NCBI RefSeq assembly: GCF_001194135.2
Contig: NC_068993.1
Location: 13,537,831-13,601,830 of the forward strand
DNA length: 64,000 bases
Reading direction: 5' to 3'
From: Octopus bimaculoides
Taxonomy: Eukaryota
A model generated the notes under the pieces. It was not told the DNA's origin and did not search any database. It was given only the letters and a program-made list of their open reading frames with translations. Of this stretch, positions 12,669 through 26,062 are shown one piece after another. Position numbers and translations under genes: made by a program. Position 1 is the stretch's first letter. Each line of letters opens with the position of its first letter.

Positions 12669-13139
12669 TACGTATGGTATAGCTAGAATATATAGTATAT
12701 ATATTCTAGCTATATTCTAGTTATAGTATTATGTATTGATGGCCTTGAGCCAGCTTTTGAAACAATTATGATTATTGCTGTTGTTAATTCTGTTTCTATT
12801 GTTTCGATTAGTTTTTGTTGTTGTAGCAGTAGTACTAATCGATTGTTTTTTTGTTATGTAGTACTACCATTCTTTACCTCTATCGATTTATTAATGTCTT
12901 TATTGTTAAGGTTGACCTCAACAATTTACTCGATTTAAGTCACCCTCCACCACTGTTTTATGTTTGCATTCTTTTTTTGTTTCATTTTTGAAATGTCTCC
13001 AAGGTTTTAAACACGTGGAACCAATGAATCAATAACCCCCACCCCATCTTTCTCTTCATCATTACCGTTACTATTGTTGTTGTTGCTATAGCTATTATTA
13101 TTGTTGATGTTGTTATTATCATTACTAACCACTAGTAGT

Positions 13140-13355
13140 AAGGCGGTGAGATGGCAGAATCGTTAACACGCCGGGCAAAATGCTTTAGTGCCATTTCGTT
13201 CGGCTTTACGTTGTGAGTTCAAAGTCCGCCGAGGTCGACTTTGCATTTCATCCTTACGGGGGCGATGGATTAAGAACCAGTTGTGTAGTGAGGTCGACCT
13301 AATCGACTACTCCCACCAAATTTCAGGCCTTGTGCCTATAATAGAAAGGATTATT
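13140..13355 (+). mobile_element. SINE family M, full length, with (ATT)n tail
   Basis: AAGGCGGTGAGATGGCAGAATCG...GAGTTCAAAGTCC...GGCCTTGTGCCTATAATAGAAAGGATTATTATT. Confidence 0.88.
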
Positions 13356-13394
13356 ATTATTGTTGTTTTTGTTGTTAGTAGTAGTAGTAGTACT

Positions 13395-13720
13395 TAATCC
13401 CTTTGTCTGTCTTTGTTTGTTTCCTCTATGTTTAGCCCCTTGTGGCAATAAAGAATGAAGCATCTTTAGCTCGCTAGACAAATAGTATAGCGGCATTTCG
13501 TTCGCCATTCCGTTTTGAGTTCAAATTCCGCCGAAATTAACTTTATATTGTTGTATTCGGGGTCGATAAATGGCATAGCGGCATTTCGTTCGCCATTCCA
13601 TATTGAGTTCAAATTCCGCCGAAACTAACTTTACATTTTAAGGATCCGGGGTCGATAAACTAATTGGCAATTGAGCCAAGATTTCAGGCTTTGTGTCTTT
13701 AGCAGAAAGGGTTATTGTTA
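13395..13720 (+). mobile_element. Composite SINE relic with an internal 88-bp tandem duplication of family M sequence
   Basis: ATAGCGGCATTTCGTTCGCCATTCC...GAGTTCAAATTCCGCCGAAA...GGGGTCGATAAA occurs at 13487 and 13575. Confidence 0.7.
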
Positions 13721-14089
13721 TAATTCTTGATTTGAATCATGTTTGTTCTTATTCCCGGTGGGTAACTGGTTACTACCAGTAGCCTTACATATCCACAAGC
13801 TTTTTTATTACCGTTGTTGTAGCTGTTGACCTGATGTTTTCAGGCAATGAATCGGTTGAGAGTCGAACTGTCACCTTCCTCCTATAGAAATATAAGGTTT
13901 TTTAACTGATCTAGGCATCATTGTCATTAGTGTTATGGAGTTATTTGAAGTCTGGCGCTTGTTGTCTTGTTAACATGAATATAATCCTCATAATTTTCCT
14001 GTCACTGTCTTCTCGAAGCCTTGTCACTAAGCATATTATCACTCTCACTGCGATCATTATCCTGTTCATGTCTGTGACGATGAAAAAAG

Positions 14090-14146
14090 GTGATGGTGAC
14101 GATGACGACGTCGATGATGGCAATGTTGATGGTGATGATGATGATT

Positions 14147-14183
<37 letters not shown>

Positions 14184-14202
14184 CGACGACGACGACGACG
14201 AC

Positions 14203-14253
<51 letters not shown>

Positions 14254-14438
14254 GACCACCACCACCGCCGCCGCCGCCACCGCTGCCCTCATTGACGCAT
14301 CATCATCACTACCACTATCATCATCACCACCATCATCGCTATAATCATAATAGTAATAACTGATCATCTTGATTATGATCTTGATAATCCTAATCCTAAT
14401 AATCATATTAATGATAATAATAATAATAATGATAATCC

Positions 14439-14488
<50 letters not shown>

Positions 14489-14722
14489 TGCTGCTGCTGC
14501 TGCTAAGGATGATAATAAAGGTCGTTGTCGTTGTCCTCATCATCTCCATCTTCCTCACACCACCTTTAATCACCGTTAAGGTAACCGGAATAATCTTCAG
14601 CTAAACGTTATCAGTACGTTCTCTACTCTACATAATCCACTCCATCAGCACGAATACCAGCATCACAACCGGTGCCACCATCATCATCATCATCAGTATC
14701 ATCATTGTAATCGTCATCACCG

Positions 14723-14753
<31 letters not shown>

Positions 14754-14899
14754 TATTATTCTCATCATCATCGCCATCAATCATCAGGAACTGAGGCAAG
14801 CATCGAAGTGAAAAAAAACAAAAAGAATCAGCCTCATCACCTTCATTATTATCCCCCTCCTCCTCCTCCTCCTCCTCCTCCTCCTCCTCCTCCTCCTCC

Positions 14900-14937
<38 letters not shown>

Positions 14938-15150
14938 GTCATCATCATTACTTTTATCGTGATAGCATCAATATGGCATCCAGTATATTCAATCATCGTC
15001 TGGAGCTGAAGCAAGCATCGGAGTAACAAAAAAAAAAAAATGAAACAAAGAAATTAAAAGAAAATCAACATCATCACTATCATCATTATCCTCTTCATCA
15101 TCATCGTCCTCACCATCATCATCATCATCATCATCATCAACATCATCATC
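14090..15150. repeat. Compound trinucleotide microsatellite field (GAT, GAC, CAC, CGC, AAT, GCT, CAT, CCT)
   Basis: Directly visible successive triplet runs. Confidence 0.97.
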
Positions 15151-15799
15151 ATTACTATTATCGTCTTCATCACGAGAAGAAGAACAAGAGAAAACAGTTG
15201 CCATAAAGAGAAACATCACTAATAGTATGTGTGAAAATACGTCTGACAGAGGCAGCATCTTATTTTAATCACCACTTTAACTCTCATTAAAAACAGCAAC
15301 AACAAGATTAAAAAACAAAAAAAATTGTAAAGAAAAAGGAACCAAAACAAAATTTCATTATTTTGCCAATTCCTTGCAGTCATCCAACCTCGGACTAACA
15401 AGAGACACACCTTCTTGACACGCGAATTTTCAAATCTCTTCTCTGTCTTTCATTATTTCCTTCCCGACATGCTATGTCATTGATCCTAGTTATATACTCC
15501 TCAAGGAAATTATGCGTAACTTCCTGTTGTGTCGAAACGCCTCTTCAACTAACTTCCGGTTTAGACTAAGGTGTCGAATTTCATTACACCTCTCTGTCTC
15601 CCTCTCTCTACCTCTCTCTACCTCTCTCCTCTCTCGTTTTCTATCATTTTTACTCCTTATTTTTGCCTTCTTTCAATATTCTTCTCTTACGTCTGTCTTC
15701 CTCGGCGTCTCCTGCTTCCTCTACCCAAAACATCGCAGCACCTTTCTGTTCATTTCTATTGTTTCGTAAATTTGTATACGATGCTGCAGCTTGCTTCTT

Positions 15800-15945
<146 letters not shown>

Positions 15946-17784
15946 ACCTTATTTTTTAATAGTTTTCTATTCTAATTATCAAGCAAGTTTCTTTTACATG
16001 AAACGAAATTATCTCCCTTTACATTTAGGCTATTTGCATTCTCTCACTTAAGATGTTCACGACCGCCATTTATCACATTCATTATTATACATACACAAAC
16101 AAATGCATAGATAAAGACATGCACATTCATACATATACGTACACAAACACACACGTATATATATATATATATATATATATATNNNNNNNNNNNNNNNNNN
16201 NNNNNNNNNNNNNNNNNNNNNNNNNNNNNNNNNNNNNNNNNNNNNNNNNNNNNNNNNNNNNNNNNNNNNNNNNNNNNNNNNNNNNNNNNNNNNNNNNNNN
16301 NNNNNNNNNNNNNNNNNNNNNNNNNNNNNNNNNNNNNNNNNNNNNNNNNNNNNNNNNNNNNNNNNNNNNNNNNNNNNNNNNNNNNNNNNNNNNNNNNNNN
16401 NNNNNNNNNNNNNNNNNNNNNNNNNNNNNNNNNNNNNNNNNNNNNNNNNNNNNNNNNNNNNNNNNNNNNNNNNNNNNNNNNNNNNNNNNNNNNNNNNNNN
16501 NNNNNNNNNNNNNNNNNNNNNNNNNNNNNNNNNNNNNNNNNNNNNNNNNNNNNNNNNNNNNNNNNNNNNNNNNNNNNNNNNNNNNNNNNNNNNNNNNNNN
16601 NNNNNNNNNNGTGTGTGTGTGTCTGTATAATGATAGTTTCTTGTCTCTTACTTTCACTACTGAGTGACCCGGTCGCCATCATTTAATAATCTGTTGCTAC
16701 TCTTAAAGTAGCTTTAAAATAATGAATATAATTTAGATCACATGTTTGCGTGTGCGTGCCTGTGCATTTAATCTCAAGTTTGTTCCGTCATAGAAACAAC
16801 GTACAAGAACTTATATTTATAGGGTTTTGCAGCTGTTGATGGCGCTTACACAATTTTGCACATATATTTTTCATCGCCCTGTGCACCTAACACGAGGATT
16901 AAATATATATATATGAATTATATGTTATGTGAGGAGCATTTCTTAAATTACGTCTTTCATGTTATTTATATTCCAAATACCAACATCTTTTCCTTAGATT
17001 TTCACTTAATGTTAACATCTAATTTGACATTGTTGTACAAAAGCAACCCTAAATTAATATAAGGCGTAATATGAAAGCGTTTTGTTGACGGAATGAATAT
17101 TTTCTTCATAGATAGTTATTTTCTTTTTACCTCTTTCTGAGGAAGACGAACAATTCTACGTCAAAGATATATACGGACTGGCATTAATATAATAGTGTTT
17201 TTTTTCTTTATTTTGGCGCGGTGGGCCTTCAGATTTGCTAAGCCTTGTAAAAAACTTCCAATGTTGGGCTTCCAGCGAGGTATTTCTCGAGACCCTTAAA
17301 GCCAGGATCTTTTCAGTAACCCTTGGTATATATATANNNNNNNNNNNNNNNNNNNNNNNNNNNNNNNNNNNNNNNNNNNNNNNNNNNNNNNNNNNNNNNN
17401 NNNNNNNNNNNNNNNNNNNNNNNNNNNNNNNNNNNNNNNNNNNNNNNNNNNNNNNNNNNNNNNNNNNNNNNNNNNNNNNNNNNNNNNNNNNNNNNNNNNN
17501 NNNNNNNNNNNNNNNNNNNNNNNNNNNNNNNNNNNNNNNNNNNNNNNNNNNNNNNNNNNNNNNNNNNNNNNNNNNNNNNNNNNNNNNNNNNNNNNNNNNN
17601 NNNNNNNNNNNNNNNNNNNNNNNNNNNNNNNNNNNNNNNNNNNNNNNNNNNNNNNNNNNNNNNNNNNNNNNNNNNNNNNNNNNNNNNNNNNNNNNNNNNN
17701 NNNCCCCCCCACACATGTATGGTCTATATATATCTATATGTGTGTGTGTGCGTGTATGTATATATATATATATATATTTATACA

Positions 17785-17832
<48 letters not shown>

Positions 17833-18839
17833 ACCTAAACACACTCCATATACTCAGAAGCAGGTTTGAATTGTGATTTATACTTTCTATTTAATCATTC
17901 GTGGCATCCACCTTCAGATCGATCGTAATCAGTAGCCTTTAACTAAGAAAATTTTACCCAGGGTTACGGAGCACCTGACATCAATTGTGCATAATTTACA
18001 GTTCTCTTTTGTATAGTATATATTATATTTTATAACCCGAGTAAATATTTAGAATGTTCAATACACGCTTATATTCAATATCTGTTTTTGTTCGTTTACG
18101 TTTATTTGTGTTTTGTACCTTTTTTCTTTTCATTTAAACAACATTCATTTAAGATCCATCTTGAAATGTTTTTAGTAACGATGTTTTAAAATTGTTTATT
18201 TTCTTAGGGGTTGTATATTAAATATGTAGATCTCAATACACACACGCACACAGGGACACACACAGACCCAGAAACTGAGATGCACATATATAACTTAATG
18301 AAATGCTTTACGGCATATGTGGAATGTTTAAGTATCTCAACACTTTCAAGTGCAAATACATATATAGGCATAGACACGTATGTGTGTGTTTGTATATGTG
18401 TGAGAGTACACATATATACATATATATAATATGTTTGTGTGTGTGCTTGAAATTATGCCTGTACATATATATATATTTGTATGCCTGTGTGTATATAGGA
18501 AATTCAAGAGATTGATAGCTACACATACATAGATAGTTAGAGAGCTGGATATTTTCTATGTATTTTTTCCCCTAAAAAATGACAGACAAATAATGTTATT
18601 TTAAGTTATCTGCTCTGGTACATATCTTAATACAAGTCACGTAAATGTCAGGTTTGTTTTCCTGCCTACGGTGTCGATATCATTGACACTAGTATTAGCA
18701 CAAATTGAGTCAATCAACGAAATACAGTTTAGAAAAAAATAATATAGCATCCTTATTTGTGGGGGGGAAAAATCAAAGTAAGCTATTTCATTACTGTGTT
18801 TTCAGGGGCTTTTTTTTTTATTTGTGTGTGTGGTTGTGC

Positions 18840-18894
<55 letters not shown>

Positions 18895-19693
18895 GTTGGT
18901 GGTCGTGCGGTGTCTTTCTTGTTTCTTGGCATTTGATTTAAGGAACAACGATGCTAATAACAGCTTGCGTAACAAACCAAAATAATATGACATCAGTTTT
19001 GAGGACCCGGGAAACGTGGCACAAAGAAAAGTAAGAAAAAAAAAACGTAAGTAAAAATAAACCCATAAAAACAACAAAACAAAAAGAAAAGTGAAACGAA
19101 ACTTCTTCAGATGAGAGCAAATTAACTGCGAAACGTGAATACGGACGGAAGAAACAGTAAAATCTTATTTAAAAAAAATAAATATATAAACGAAAACATA
19201 AATAAGTAAATGCGATAGAAACTATGAAAAATTCTCAACGAATGCTTGAAGGAAAATCAAGTTCTTGAAGAAGCAATCAGCTAATCTGATGGAATATTTT
19301 CAACCAGTATTCGCCTAACATTTCTCTCTCTTTTAAAACTCTCATTACCTCCATATTCTCCATTTTCTTCCACGATTTCTCATCGCTTCCCACCACAACG
19401 CAATGACCTCCTCATCTCTCTTTTGTAATTGTATTTGTTTCGCTCTATCTGTCTTCCCCTCACTCTATTTATCTCCCTTTCTCTCTCCCTCATCTCTCTC
19501 TCTCTCTCTCTCTCTCTCTGTTCTCGATATCATTCTACGTATCACGTCTCTTTTTTTCCCCATTGCTTTATATGTTTGTTATATTTAATTTTTGCTTTTC
19601 TATTTGTCTTAACTTTTATCTGTTTCTTCCTGTCTTTTTCTGTTTCTTTTTATTTTCTTTTTAATCATCCTTTCCAGAAGTTTTGAATTCTTA

Positions 19694-19807
19694 TTCTTCT
19701 TCTTCTTCTTCTTCTTCTTCTTCTTCTTCTTCTTCTTCTTCTTCTTCTTCTTCTTCTTCTTCTTCTTCTTCTTCTTCTTCTTCTTCTTCTTCTTCTTCTT
19801 CTTCTTC
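19694..19807. repeat. Perfect (TTC)n, about 38 units
   Basis: Directly visible uninterrupted run. Confidence 0.98.
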
Positions 19808-20814
19808 ATTTTAACCACCCACTCACTCATTTTTCTTTCTATATCTGTTTAGTAAGTCAGCAGAATTTCCAGCGCTTATGTCCAGTGTTTCTTCACATGA
19901 CGTTTTAAGAATTAATTTTTTTTAATTTTTATTTCAAATCAGAACAATGATGATAGAGTTTACTGTGGCCAAAGAAAGTAGTATAAACAGTAAACTGGTA
20001 TCGATTTCAGTGGCTACTCTCCAACAATTAGCGTCAAAACTACTGCCTTTCTTCCTACTCTGCTAAGACATTGTCTTAAATATATAAATTGTATTGACAA
20101 ACTCAGTTCTTATAAACATTAATTTGCAGAAGGCAGCTGTATGGTAAAAGTCACATGTCATAGAAGAAATATTTCTTGTTCACCTAAAAATATTAGCTGT
20201 ACACAAAAACAAAGAAGAATTTCTAAATGATTCTCAGCTGTAAAGTGAGAACCGCTTTGGAGGTCTAATTAAACAGGAACATAGCCATTGTTATCACCAA
20301 AGGAATGAAATTAAACTCATTTACCAATGCGTCCCCCCCCCCACACACACACTCGTACATCTAATTTATTAGAATTTCAGTGATCTGCCTACCTTCCCTG
20401 ACTACAGTAAAATCCTTTATATAATGATTCGTTCTCATCCTTAACAAAATATTGCTTAATTTTAATTACAATCTTTTGAATTACTACATGAAATATAATG
20501 GCCCTATCTGTACTATGTTATCCTACATTTCTCACCAGTTTAAATGTTACCCTATTCTCGTTTGTACAATATATCTCTGGCTTTAATAATGACCAATTGT
20601 TATTTATATTATTTCTTTTTCTTGGTCTTGAAATTTTCGTGTGTGTATGCACTATACGGGTACGCAAATCGTAGTTTTTCGATATGGAGGAAATATTCGG
20701 ATCAGGAGTTGGAAAGGTCAGTTTGCAAGAACCGAAGTGTTGTATGATGTTACTGTAGATGTTGTTTTGGGAAGATGTTGTTCAGGAAAGACAGAGGCGA
20801 AGTCAAGATAGTCG

Positions 20815-20905
20815 CGGGTTTGGCTGTATGGCAAGAAGCTTGTTTCCCAATGACATGGTTCCCGGTTCAGCCCAACTGCGTAGCACCTTGGTCAAGTGCC
20901 TACTT
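20815..20905 (+). mobile_element. Family A SINE head plus CORE fragment
   Basis: TTTGGCTGTATGGCAAGAAGCTTG...GGTTCAGCCCAACTGCGTAGCACCTTGGTCAAGTG. Confidence 0.7.
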
Positions 20906-21572
20906 GCTCAAGATGCAAGAAGCAAGTATGATAATGATGATGATGGCGATGAAAAGAAATATATTAGTTCTAACAATGGCATAGGGTCACACGTTTGCAA
21001 GGAAGGAGCATGTTCCACCACAGCGAAGCTAGTGGTTATCCGGTATTTTTCCTCAACACATTACGGATTGTACTTATTGACTAACTATATGAAATTTAAG
21101 CCACTGCCAAAAAATATGCATATATACAAAAGCAGTGTATAGACAAATATAAAGCGACAAATGTGTGTGAGAAAAAAGAAAATAAATAAGAGGAAATGGT
21201 AACAATACTAAATGAATAGAATAGTAAAAATATGACATTAAAAGAAAATAGTAGCATGTAGAGTAATGGAGAAAACGGAAACTTAAGAATGTAAATTCGC
21301 TCTTTAGTCGATATACCTGTTTGTGAATGATGGAGTGGATCATTTGACTTTCCATAAACAGGAACATCCATTGATAGGTGGTGCTCAGCTCTATTGATTT
21401 TCTGAGAAAACCTGGAGGAGTGTGATCCAATTACTCTTGTTATATTTTAACGTCAGTTCAGCATTGATCGTGCATTTATCTATCTCTCTGTCTGTATGTC
21501 TGTCTGTCTATCTATCTATCTATCTATCTGCACACACATGTACATATGTGCATATACATAAATTGTGTGTGA

Positions 21573-21650
<78 letters not shown>

Positions 21651-21660
21651 ATATAATATA

Positions 21661-22176
21661 TGTAAACAAACCAGATGGCATTGTAAGTTATGGTGATAAA
21701 ACTACTATGAATGTCTATTAGTATAATATTAACTATATAATAATAACGTATAAACTCCGATTTAAGGCGACGTTTATTTTTAAACAATCGACTGAAAAAT
21801 GATGAGCTAATCGAACCCAGAAATCAACGCTTACACGCTCCTTGCGCATGTGATTGGGCTAAATGCTTACCCATCAATTTCAGCCAGACTTTTATGAATA
21901 TATACTTTAACTGTCTAATACCACAGACAATATTTGTAAACAAACCAGAAGGCTTTGCAAGTTATGGTGATAAAGCGACTATGGAAGTCTCTTAGTAAAA
22001 TAATGACTATATATATATTGCTGAAATAGATGAGTGAGCATTTGGTCCAGTCGGAGGCGCAAGGAGCCGTGTATACGTTCATTTGTGGTTCGATTCTAGC
22101 TTAAGCTAGCTAATCATTTTTCACTCAATTTTTTACATACAAATGTCGCTTTAAACCGGATTATATATATTATAGT
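21661..22176. repeat. Combined direct repeat (about 80 bp, period 274) and inverted repeat (about 155-bp arms)
   Basis: TGTAAACAAACCAGA...GTTATGGTGATAAA at 21661 and 21935. 21731-21884 is reverse-complementary to 22020-22176 (e.g. TACACGCTCCTTGCGC vs GCGCAAGGAGCCGTGTA). Confidence 0.85.
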
Positions 22177-22196
22177 CTTTCTCTTTAAATTCTCCT

Positions 22197-22233
<37 letters not shown>

Positions 22234-23629
22234 GCACACATATACGCACGATCACTAAAGGCGCCGAAAGTTCGGATCGTGTATTGCGAGCGACATATCC
22301 AGCATACAAACCTAGAGGAGGAACAACCGTTCTTGAAGTCTTCCTTACAGTTTTATTCGCAATGGTTTAGTAAATCTGAAGCCTTGGTATAAGTTACTTG
22401 CTCAGAGGGGCCGCATGTTGCGATGGAATCCAATCATACTTCAGAAGACTCACCCAAGCCTCCTCCAATTTATTGAACGTCAAACGTTGAAATAAAATTA
22501 ACATCATAGCGAATTTTATTTCAAGATTTGGCCAATTCTGCTATCAACCCCTATTTGTTCATTCCATATTGACTTCGAAATCTGGCACATAGCCACACAC
22601 TTTTAGAGAATGAATCAATTCTATTGAATCAACTCCAGTACTTATTGAACTTTTGGTACGTAGTGTATTAGACTAAGGGAGTGGGTGATGTTGATGCAAA
22701 GCAATGTCAACACTGGCGGGTTTTGAATTGTGAATAGTGAGAGACAGTATTAATTCTTGCCTCTTTTTCCTTTCGAAGTTGATGTACAATTTTAGAAGAT
22801 GTTGAGAATAACAAGTGTAATATTGATTTATTATACACAAATAATGTTATCGAGTTTGATAAATGTATGATTGGATCGAGGACATTCACCTATTTCGACT
22901 TTTACGCACTTGTCTTACCGAAATACTATACATACTATAATGAAATATAGTCAAACATAATAATATATGAAAGGAACAACTATAAAGTCACAGGTAAACA
23001 CTTTACGATGTGTTTGCGAGATTCAATAACGTTTGTATTACCTTACTCTTCTTATCAATTCAAAATTGGTGTTTGCACAGGCAAAAAGACCTTAAATTTG
23101 GACGAAGTTAGTGGATACCATCAGCAACAGTACTTGACCAATACTTTATGTTATCGACCCCGAAAACCTGGAAAGCATTGGGATATACACTCAGAATATG
23201 TAGAATGGAAGAAAAACCGTTTCTATAGATAATTGTTCCTAACAGCCACAAGGTCACAACTGCCAAAGAATAGGTTGGATGTTTAGTTTATTAAACCGAA
23301 CACAATTATTGGCGGCTACTTTATCTTATCAATAGTGGAATTGAGGAGGAGTTGCACCCATAATGTAAAGTACCGAACTAAATAATGAAAATTATTCTGT
23401 TCCATGCTTTAAATATTTAGTCAATCTTCCTTGATAAGTTACATCTATTGATAATACTGTGTAACAAAATTTTAATTCTTATGTTTTTGGTCAGTTTATG
23501 TTGTTTCCTATTTTCTTGTATCTAGAAATCAAAGGAAATGACTACTATTCCTTTTAAACGTGGCTTTTGTGTCCTGACCTATTTTCCATTCCATTTCAGA
23601 CAGACTCAGCGCTGAGTTGCTGAAGCAGA

Positions 23630-23790
23630 AATATCGTTATAGCAAATGTTGTGCTCCATTCCACAAATTTGCTAGTCAGTTGCATTTGCATTAGTAGGTG
23701 ATAGCATGCGCATCTTTGATCATGAGCAGAAGTAGTGGGGGACCATCATAGCCATGGGATATTTACGGGTTTGAATAAATAACAAAAGCA
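23630..23790 (+). mobile_element. Degenerate copy of the element also seen at 61430-61642
   Basis: GCAAATGTTGTGCTCCATTCCACAAATTTGCTAGTCAGTTG...GCATCTTTGATCATGAGCAGAA aligns with the reverse complement of 61430-61545. Confidence 0.55.
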
Positions 23791-24774
23791 AAGTTTGAAG
23801 GAAATATTAGCTATTATTCATACTTTCTAAGAGTAAGTAAATAGGAAGAAACAATTTCTACCCAAAGGCAAAAAATCATATTACACAGTGTAACGGGTAT
23901 AATACTTAGCACCTATCTAATAAAAATTATTATAAGTAAATATTTTACTGCTCACCACAAGAATGGAAAAGTAATTTTTCCTCTGAACATATTCAGTAAA
24001 AACGTTGAAAAATATTACTATGTACAGCAAGAAACACTCATTTCAAATACATTCTCTCTAATTTTTGCCATTAATAAAATACTAATTATCGAATAAGGTC
24101 ATCACAATTAAGGGAACATTGTAATTGATTTCATCGACTCAAGTACTAGAATATTAATTATTATAACTAGACAAACAATTAATGAATAAAAAAACTATTA
24201 CTTCCATGGGAATTCAAAACAAAGCCTAAAATTAAGAAAAACAATGAAAAGAAATAACTAAAAATTATATGCTATAAGAGATCATTCACTCCTATCCACA
24301 TATTAATCAATATTAAAATATTTAACAATAAACGAAACAGATTAATATTAATGTTACTAAATGTTCGACTCTCTAAAATTTATGACATCAGTGGGTTGAA
24401 TGTATTAATATTCATAATTATATCTCTATGTATCTTATTGGTATGTCATATTATAGTATATAGCTTCCATATACGTAATTCAGTCAGGATGAAGGTCACT
24501 TAAATACTACCTGACTCTATGTGATGGTACAAAACATTTCACAATGGGAGCAAGACGCTAAAAATGAGGTTTATAAATACATTCCATCCATTTTCTACAA
24601 TTCTTTAATGAGGCTGTTTTGTTCGCTAACTTAATGAAAAACAGGCCATATTATGTTGTGTGTTGGAGAATTACGCATCCGAATTGTAGACGAAGGTCAC
24701 TCAACCAAAAATGTGGTCTGTTGTTAGTAACAATCAGTGTGAGCTGCTGATCTGAATGCAGAGACATGGATCAC

Positions 24775-25255
24775 TTAGCAACGTCTAGTCGAGCTTGCTC
24801 GGACATTTTTAACCTGCAGACACCATCCATCTCGGTCATGCCTTAGTTGAGGGAGATCTTCGCGACGGCATCCAATGTCTCTTGTGATATGATCTACATA
24901 CCTTGTGTTCGGTCGACCTACCTGAATACGGCCATGCTTTGGCATCCATAGCAGTAGGCCACTCGCTATCTCTTGTCTAGCTCGCCAACAATGCCCTGCA
25001 AAGCACTAGCACCTTTCCCTTATTCTAGTAGAAACAGGCAGGAGATCTCCATACCGCTGTTTCTCGGGATGAGTTCTCCACGATATGTTTAAGACTGCTT
25101 TTAACGTTCGTGTGTAAGCTCCATCTAGGTTGAACTGCAGCGTTTTGGTAAACGTCCAGGCTGTTGCTCCATATAAAAGGACTAACTTTACTGTTGCACA
25201 GAAAAAAATACCTCTTAAGGCTGTTCAAGGTTTGATTTCCAGACACATCCTGTTT
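24775..25255 (-). mobile_element. RTE-clade LINE, 3' end of ORF (pseudogenised, 5'-truncated)
   Basis: One minus-strand frame reads FCATVKLVLLYGATAWTFTKTLQFNLDGAYTRTLKAVLNISWRTHPEKQRYGDLLPVSTRIRERC*CFAGHCWRARQEIASGLLLWMPKHGRIQVGRPNTRYVDHITRDIGCRREDLPQLRHDRDGW. LLYGxxxW, RFAGH, GRP and DRxxW are RTE C-terminal motifs. Confidence 0.88.
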
Positions 25256-25609
25256 ATTTAGGGCTGATCACGCTTTGGGTCTCCGAGATTTTAGTTCCTT
25301 TTCAGTTGAAGCTAACTCAGAGCCGAGGTGCCTGAAATCATCTACTTGATTCATGGGATCTCTGTTAATGTTGGATCTTTGTTGCTTGTGAGCTATGAAG
25401 TGGTTTTACTAGGATTAACAAGTGGTCCAACATTATGTGCATCCGCGATTTTCGGCGCAAAAGCAACTAAAATCCCATTTGCGAAAATAACGATCACAGC
25501 GAAAAAATAAATGAAAATAAAAATGAAAGTGTCCCTTACAAAAATTAGAAGCGAAAATGTTCCTGCAAAAAACGAAATAAGCCATATTTAATCGTTCCAA
25601 CATCCGTTT

Positions 25610-26062
25610 GCTATCTGAAGATGGTGATGTGCTGTGTCTGATGGAATCGGAAAAACATTATGCATTAGGACATCTTTGGATGAAATGAGACATTGAATTC
25701 ACATAGTTATCGTTCCTTGTTAGACCGATTAAAGGCAATCGATGATAAGCGTTCAGAATTAACCAATCAAAACTGTGTTGTCTTCCTTCAGGACAATGCT
25801 AGGTCGGCAGATCCGGCAGAAATTGGTACAGTTTGGTTGGGGTGTCTTACCATACACACCGTATTTACTTGACCTTGGACCTTCGGATTACTATTTATCT
25901 TCATAATAACAGAATTCTATTAATTGGAAGAACTTCGACTCTTTGGAGGGCTGTAAAATTTACTTAGACCGTGACACTATAGACACCGAGCCCCAACAAA
26001 ATGGGATCATAATGCTTCCTCATAGACGGTGAAAGGGAGTGAAACGAAATATAATATACCTT
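25610..26062 (+). mobile_element. Mariner (DD34D) transposase catalytic-domain relic
   Basis: Translates, with frameshifts and stops, to KMVMCCV*WNRKNIMH, LDRLK-IDDKRSELTNQNCVVFLQDNAR, IRQKLVQFGWGVLPYTPYLLDLGPSDYYL and QNGIIMLPHRR. These correspond to KVMLCVWW, FxQDNARPH and HPPYSPDLAPSDY. Confidence 0.88.

Noticed and set aside
17232-17278. 47-nt candidate exon between CCTTCAG and GTATTT
   Set aside because: Splice-like signals only; no recognisable peptide.
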